DNA of 63,599 bases, counting the filler, from Nemertoderma westbladi (taxonomy: Eukaryota; Animalia; Xenacoelomorpha), in NCBI GenBank assembly GCA_032718475.1. It is 3 parts of 3 records of this genome, joined end to end, with 100 filler letters (N's around TTAATTAATTAA, not from the genome) between each part and the next. Parts side by side here need not be neighbours in the genome. Positions count along the whole stretch, not along the records: positions 57,299 to 63,599 come from JAUCBJ010001412.1; 2 more parts are not named here. One strand, written 5' to 3'. Position numbers and translations under genes: made by a program. The notes beneath the pieces are model-generated. The model was given only the letters and a program-made list of their open reading frames with translations, did not search any database and had not been told where the DNA came from. Shown here one piece after another: positions 59,487-63,599 of this stretch (positions within the stretch are counted from its first letter, which is position 1; each line of letters begins with the position of its first letter).

Positions 59487-61453
59487 GACACCCCAACAGA
59501 CGGATACAGTCGAAAATTATTGAAGAAATAATTGTAACTCATGCAGTAACTCATGTAATTATAAATGAAATACAATATATACTACACAGGTACATCAGTA
59601 GACTTTATATAATGTTGTTAAATCTGTTCATTATAATTTACAATAAAATAAGATTAATCGTTATCAGACTTTGGTCTTTCAATATTAGCTCAACGCCAAT
59701 CCCATATTATTATACGAAGGTAAATGTCATTAATTGTAATTCAATGTATTCTTGCAAAATTGCACCCCAAAACCCAAAGTCTACAGACTTTTATTGGTGC
59801 GATTTACATCCTAATAGCATCGTCGAACTGTGGTTAGATTTTTACTCATTCAAAATGTAAACATTGTGTAACGTTTTCGTACAACAATAATGGTGTCTAA
59901 TTCGTTACATGCACTGCAACTAACATTACCGGATGTAGGGGGTTAATACAACCAGTAGTCAATGTTTTTATCTCTTCTTAATAGTTTATTTACGGTGCCA
60001 AAAACAGTACTTAATTTTAAATTCATTCTGCCAAAAAAACTCGCATACATTTACATCGGGCCGCAAGAATATAGAGTCGCAATGCAGTGAAACCTTAGTG
60101 TTTTGTTAGTAGTGATGGACAGCTGGCCATGCAAGGATACCAAATATGTAACATAATCTAAAATAAATATAGCAGAGATGAGCGTTCGAAGGTCGCATGC
60201 TATTTATTCTACACGAGAATTCCATTTAATAAATACCCAAAATTTGGAATCATTATATTAATCTTATAATAATTAGCTGGATAAAAATGCAATAACTAAC
60301 ATAATTATTACGAGTGCGAAACTATTCATGCATACATAAATAAAATATTCCAGAATTATGTGTATTTATGAAATAGAATAAATAACCACGCACAGATGCA
60401 AAACCATCCAACATGCAAATGCCCATATGAATATATCAACTATTTTTCAAAGAAATTTAGATTTAGCCACCCAACTTCGAGTCGTGTTGTCGGCGACTCG
60501 TGCTGAAAATCATCCCTGACCAGAAATTATAAAATGTTATTAAAAAAAGGAACAACAAAAGAAAGGAAATTAATTGGGGTGTAGCAGAAAGCTAAGGAAT
60601 CATATAGGGGCGGCAAGTGGAACAACTCCCGAGAAATACCGAGTTCCAATTGGTCGATTAGGACGGCTGATAGAGTTCCTTAATGATTACAGGAGGATCA
60701 GGGACACCAGACAATGACGTCAATAATAGAAGCTAAGAGGTTGTTAAGAGGAAGGGAGTACAATAAAGTAGCCACCTGTCGTGATAACCCGCCAGGGGGT
60801 GTCTGGCTTGATAAACGGAGGGCGAGTGCAACCGGAAGAAAGCTGCGGGCAGGGAAAAAATGTCATTAGATAAAGTGACGGTAGATAAAGTGAAACCACT
60901 TGATGGCGGTAAAGGCCAGACGAGTTAAATAAATTAGTATTATTAACGCAGTGCCAGAGGCGTGTGGTTCGTGAGTTGAAACTTAGGAGGCAAATAGGCC
61001 AACATGAAATATAACAGGAATTCGGCTGTTAGATTTCACTTTACATTACACCCTGATAATCGTTTACATTTTGCATGCAATTTTTGTTTTAGAGTAAAGA
61101 TCTGTGATTTATATCGTGATGTGGTATATGGTAAAGGAACAAATAATGCGCAACGACGGCATATCATCAAACGTAGCGTTGTTATAACATTTCAGGGCTG
61201 GAAAATGAGGCGTACCTAGTAAGTGAAACTGAAAGTAAATAAATATAAAAGTAAATCGTAAATCATTACAATACAATATAATACAATACATAGCATAACG
61301 CATCATACACCATCGTCCATATTTCCAATATAGACCTATTTATTGTGGTATCGTAGTAACTATTATTTATAACGTGGTCTCTTGTAAAGTTTTAAGACAA
61401 CCCAATTCAGTAAATAAATTTATTTAATTACCCAGTTGATGGATGCCAATACG

Positions 61454-62746
61454 TTATATAAACTGAATAACTTCTTTACTCGCTACATGTATTTTCGAAT
61501 CAGTGACCAGTTGGGACATGTCTCCACCAATAGGAGACCTTTGGGCGTATCGCAATGAGTTGATCTCTTGGGCACCCCGTAACCCCGGGTGACCCAGCCG
61601 TAGATACTCTATGCCGTTCCACGCTATCATAATCCCGTTGTCGCTACAAAGTTTGGGTTCTGGGAACACGGGTCTGTAGTCGTTAGCAACGCACAGACGT
61701 TGGATCGCCGATCGGATCAGATCATTTCTAGCGACACCACCACTCACAACCAACGTAGGATTCGAACAGTTGTCAAGGTAACCGGCAGACGCGACGAACC
61801 GCATCGCCCGCTGTGTGCGAACCAACAGATGCGTGACTACGACGCGATACGCAGACGCGGCAATACGACAAGCCTCCTCGAAACCGATACAGTCGGGGTA
61901 CGAATCGATAAATCGTGTTACCGCCGAGCCAAAACCAGCCCAGGAAAAGTTACAATCTCGGTACTTAGCCAAGGGCACTGGGAACGTAACGTAATTACCG
62001 GGGGCTGGATGGTAGCGGTTACTGAGTGCCTCGAGTACAGCAGCCCATGGGAGCCCATTAGTGGCAGGAACATCGGGCCAATCAGAGCCCTGTTTGCCAA
62101 TCAATCTGCGAGTAATCTTATCCAACACCTCCCCTGGGGCATTGTCAGTTGTCGATCCGAGAATAGCGAAGTTGTCCACCGTGCTGGCCCAACACAATAA
62201 ACAATGGCCGCCCGATATTAGGAGCACCAGATAGGGCATTACTAGTCGCTGGTCAGTTAATCTCGCCGTCAGCGCGTGCGCTCGCATATGGTGTACCGGG
62301 ATTAAGGGTTTACCGTGCTCTAAGGCGAGGGATTTGGCGAACCGCAGCCCTTGTTTCAAACACAATCCCATTCCCGGTTCCGAACTCACAGCGATCGCGT
62401 CCACATCGCCAATTCTCAGACCGCTGCGAGTTAGTGTCTCGGTAACCACGGTGAATAGGTTGGTCGCGTGCAGTTTCTCGGCCACTCGGGGCACCAGCCC
62501 GCCAGAGAGCGCGTGGGTCTCTATCTGGGATAGCAAGGACTCGCCCAATATAGCCACGTGTCCATCTCTCGCGAGACGGACCACAGCGGCTGCACTGTCG
62601 TCGAAGGTGCTCTCAATACCGAGAACAGTGAACGGCCCCGAAGAAGGTGCAGGTCGTGTGGATGAAGACTTTATTATAGATCGTGCAGAGGAAGTACATA
62701 GTGGTCTAGAAGAAACAATCTCCCCTAACAAACCAAAAAACATCAT
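61454..62746 (-). CDS. OSGEPL1: Mitochondrial tRNA N6-adenosine threonylcarbamoyltransferase (Qri7/TsaD-like), intronless
   Basis: Ser/Arg-rich transit-like N-terminus, then VLGIEST.DD, HHMRAH, LLISGGHC, APGEVLDK, VVSGGVA.N and CSDNGIMIAW.G. Confidence 0.93.
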   Translation of the reverse strand: MMFFGLLGEIVSSRPLCTSSARSIIKSSSTRPAPSSGPFTVLGIESTFDDSAAAVVRLARDGHVAILGESLLSQIETHALSGGLVPRVAEKLHATNLFTVVTETLTRSGLRIGDVDAIAVSSEPGMGLCLKQGLRFAKSLALEHGKPLIPVHHMRAHALTARLTDQRLVMPYLVLLISGGHCLLCWASTVDNFAILGSTTDNAPGEVLDKITRRLIGKQGSDWPDVPATNGLPWAAVLEALSNRYHPAPGNYVTFPVPLAKYRDCNFSWAGFGSAVTRFIDSYPDCIGFEEACRIAASAYRVVVTHLLVRTQRAMRFVASAGYLDNCSNPTLVVSGGVARNDLIRSAIQRLCVANDYRPVFPEPKLCSDNGIMIAWNGIEYLRLGHPGLRGAQEINSLRYAQRSPIGGDMSQLVTDSKIHVASKEVIQFI

Positions 62747-62863
62747 AAACTACTGCGCAAAATACAATCATGGATGGAGTTTACTTGACCTTTTGGATTG
62801 GATATTATACAGTTGACGTTGAGGCACGGAAACATACAGCGAAAATATGAAATAATATACTGT

Positions 62864-63150
62864 GGGGCGAGCTAGCTTACCATACAGACAGTGTTGTGTA
62901 TGTATGTATGTATGTCGGTCGGTCGGTCTCTCTTTAGGCAAATGTTTGAAGGGCTAATAAATCAGACAAACTTTGAGGAAATTAAATCAAACATGGTTCA
63001 CATGTAGTCTACCAAATGTCTGAAACACAATTTGGGTGGAGAGACTCAGTATTTATCCAGTCTCCTGCTAGATGGCGAATATGCATAGGTTGAAATAGTG
63101 GTACACGTACCCGTGCGGTATGCTTGCTTATTTCTTCCTGAGCGAAGGCC
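62864..63150. mobile_element. Short interspersed HINE/DINE-like repeat; related copies at about 9000-9310 and about 19370-19600
   Basis: Shared GGGCGAG...GCTTA.CATAC termini, tetranucleotide microsatellites and ACCAAACTTGGTACACATG-like cores. Confidence 0.45.
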
Positions 63151-63599
63151 ACATGAACGTGTCCACCTATCTGTGGAAGAGACTTGATACGATTAGGTGA
63201 CAGCCTGAGCCTCTGGTATCAATTTGTAAGCAAAAATAAATGTTTCTTCCAACAATTTATTAATACAACTATATTATTTATTAATAACTATATATAATAA
63301 TATAAATGATCGTTGATCAATGATAAATGATCGCACAAAAAAAAACAAAAATAATGTTATTCGCATAGTCAAAAATTGCATAGAAATTAATTAGTTTGTA
63401 AAACTAAACTGCTTTATTTGTGTGTCGACTCCATCATGGAACGGACTTATGTGCAGCTGTGAAGAGAAAATGTTTCACAGAAATAGAAGAAAAATAAATT
63501 AACTACAACTTTGATGGTATAATTTATTAATGTTAAAAAATATTATATTATTCGATAATTCCTGACTGAAGACAGGAAATATATGACAGGAGCTTACAA

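Noticed and set aside
60560-61000. Possible decayed reverse-transcriptase fragment on the minus strand
   Set aside because: There is only a vague resemblance with multiple stops; it is not supportable without a search.

Overview
This is repeat-rich eukaryotic DNA, most likely from an invertebrate animal. Two N-gaps carrying an artificial TTAATTAATTAA linker divide it into three contigs. Seven host genes are recognisable, each a single uninterrupted ORF: an Ldh_2-family dehydrogenase, CCDC174-like, NTAQ1, PSMB4, a MOLO-1-like TPM membrane protein, ENSA/ARPP19 and OSGEPL1. Between them lie satellites (35, 49, 99 and about 21/63 bp units), MITEs with verifiable TIRs and TSDs, a deleted P/THAP element, RTE fragments and a 5'-truncated BEL/Pao element. 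The most notable observations are these: (1) a probable LTR-element 3' ORF in which a DEDDy/WRN-like 3'-5' exonuclease and a CCHC zinc-knuckle protein share one frame, separated by a single hairpin-flanked TGA; (2) a BEL/Pao element with a large Pol insertion, an accessory 3' ORF, a structured intergenic region, a 20-nt stem-loop motif repeated six times and a tRNA-like sequence in its putative LTR; (3) a spliced tyrosine-recombinase plus Myb-like gene in an apparently tandemly repeated 9.36-kb unit bounded by a 99-bp satellite; (4) intron-free housekeeping genes in a genome that is not compact. All calls come from motif recognition by eye; no database searches were run.
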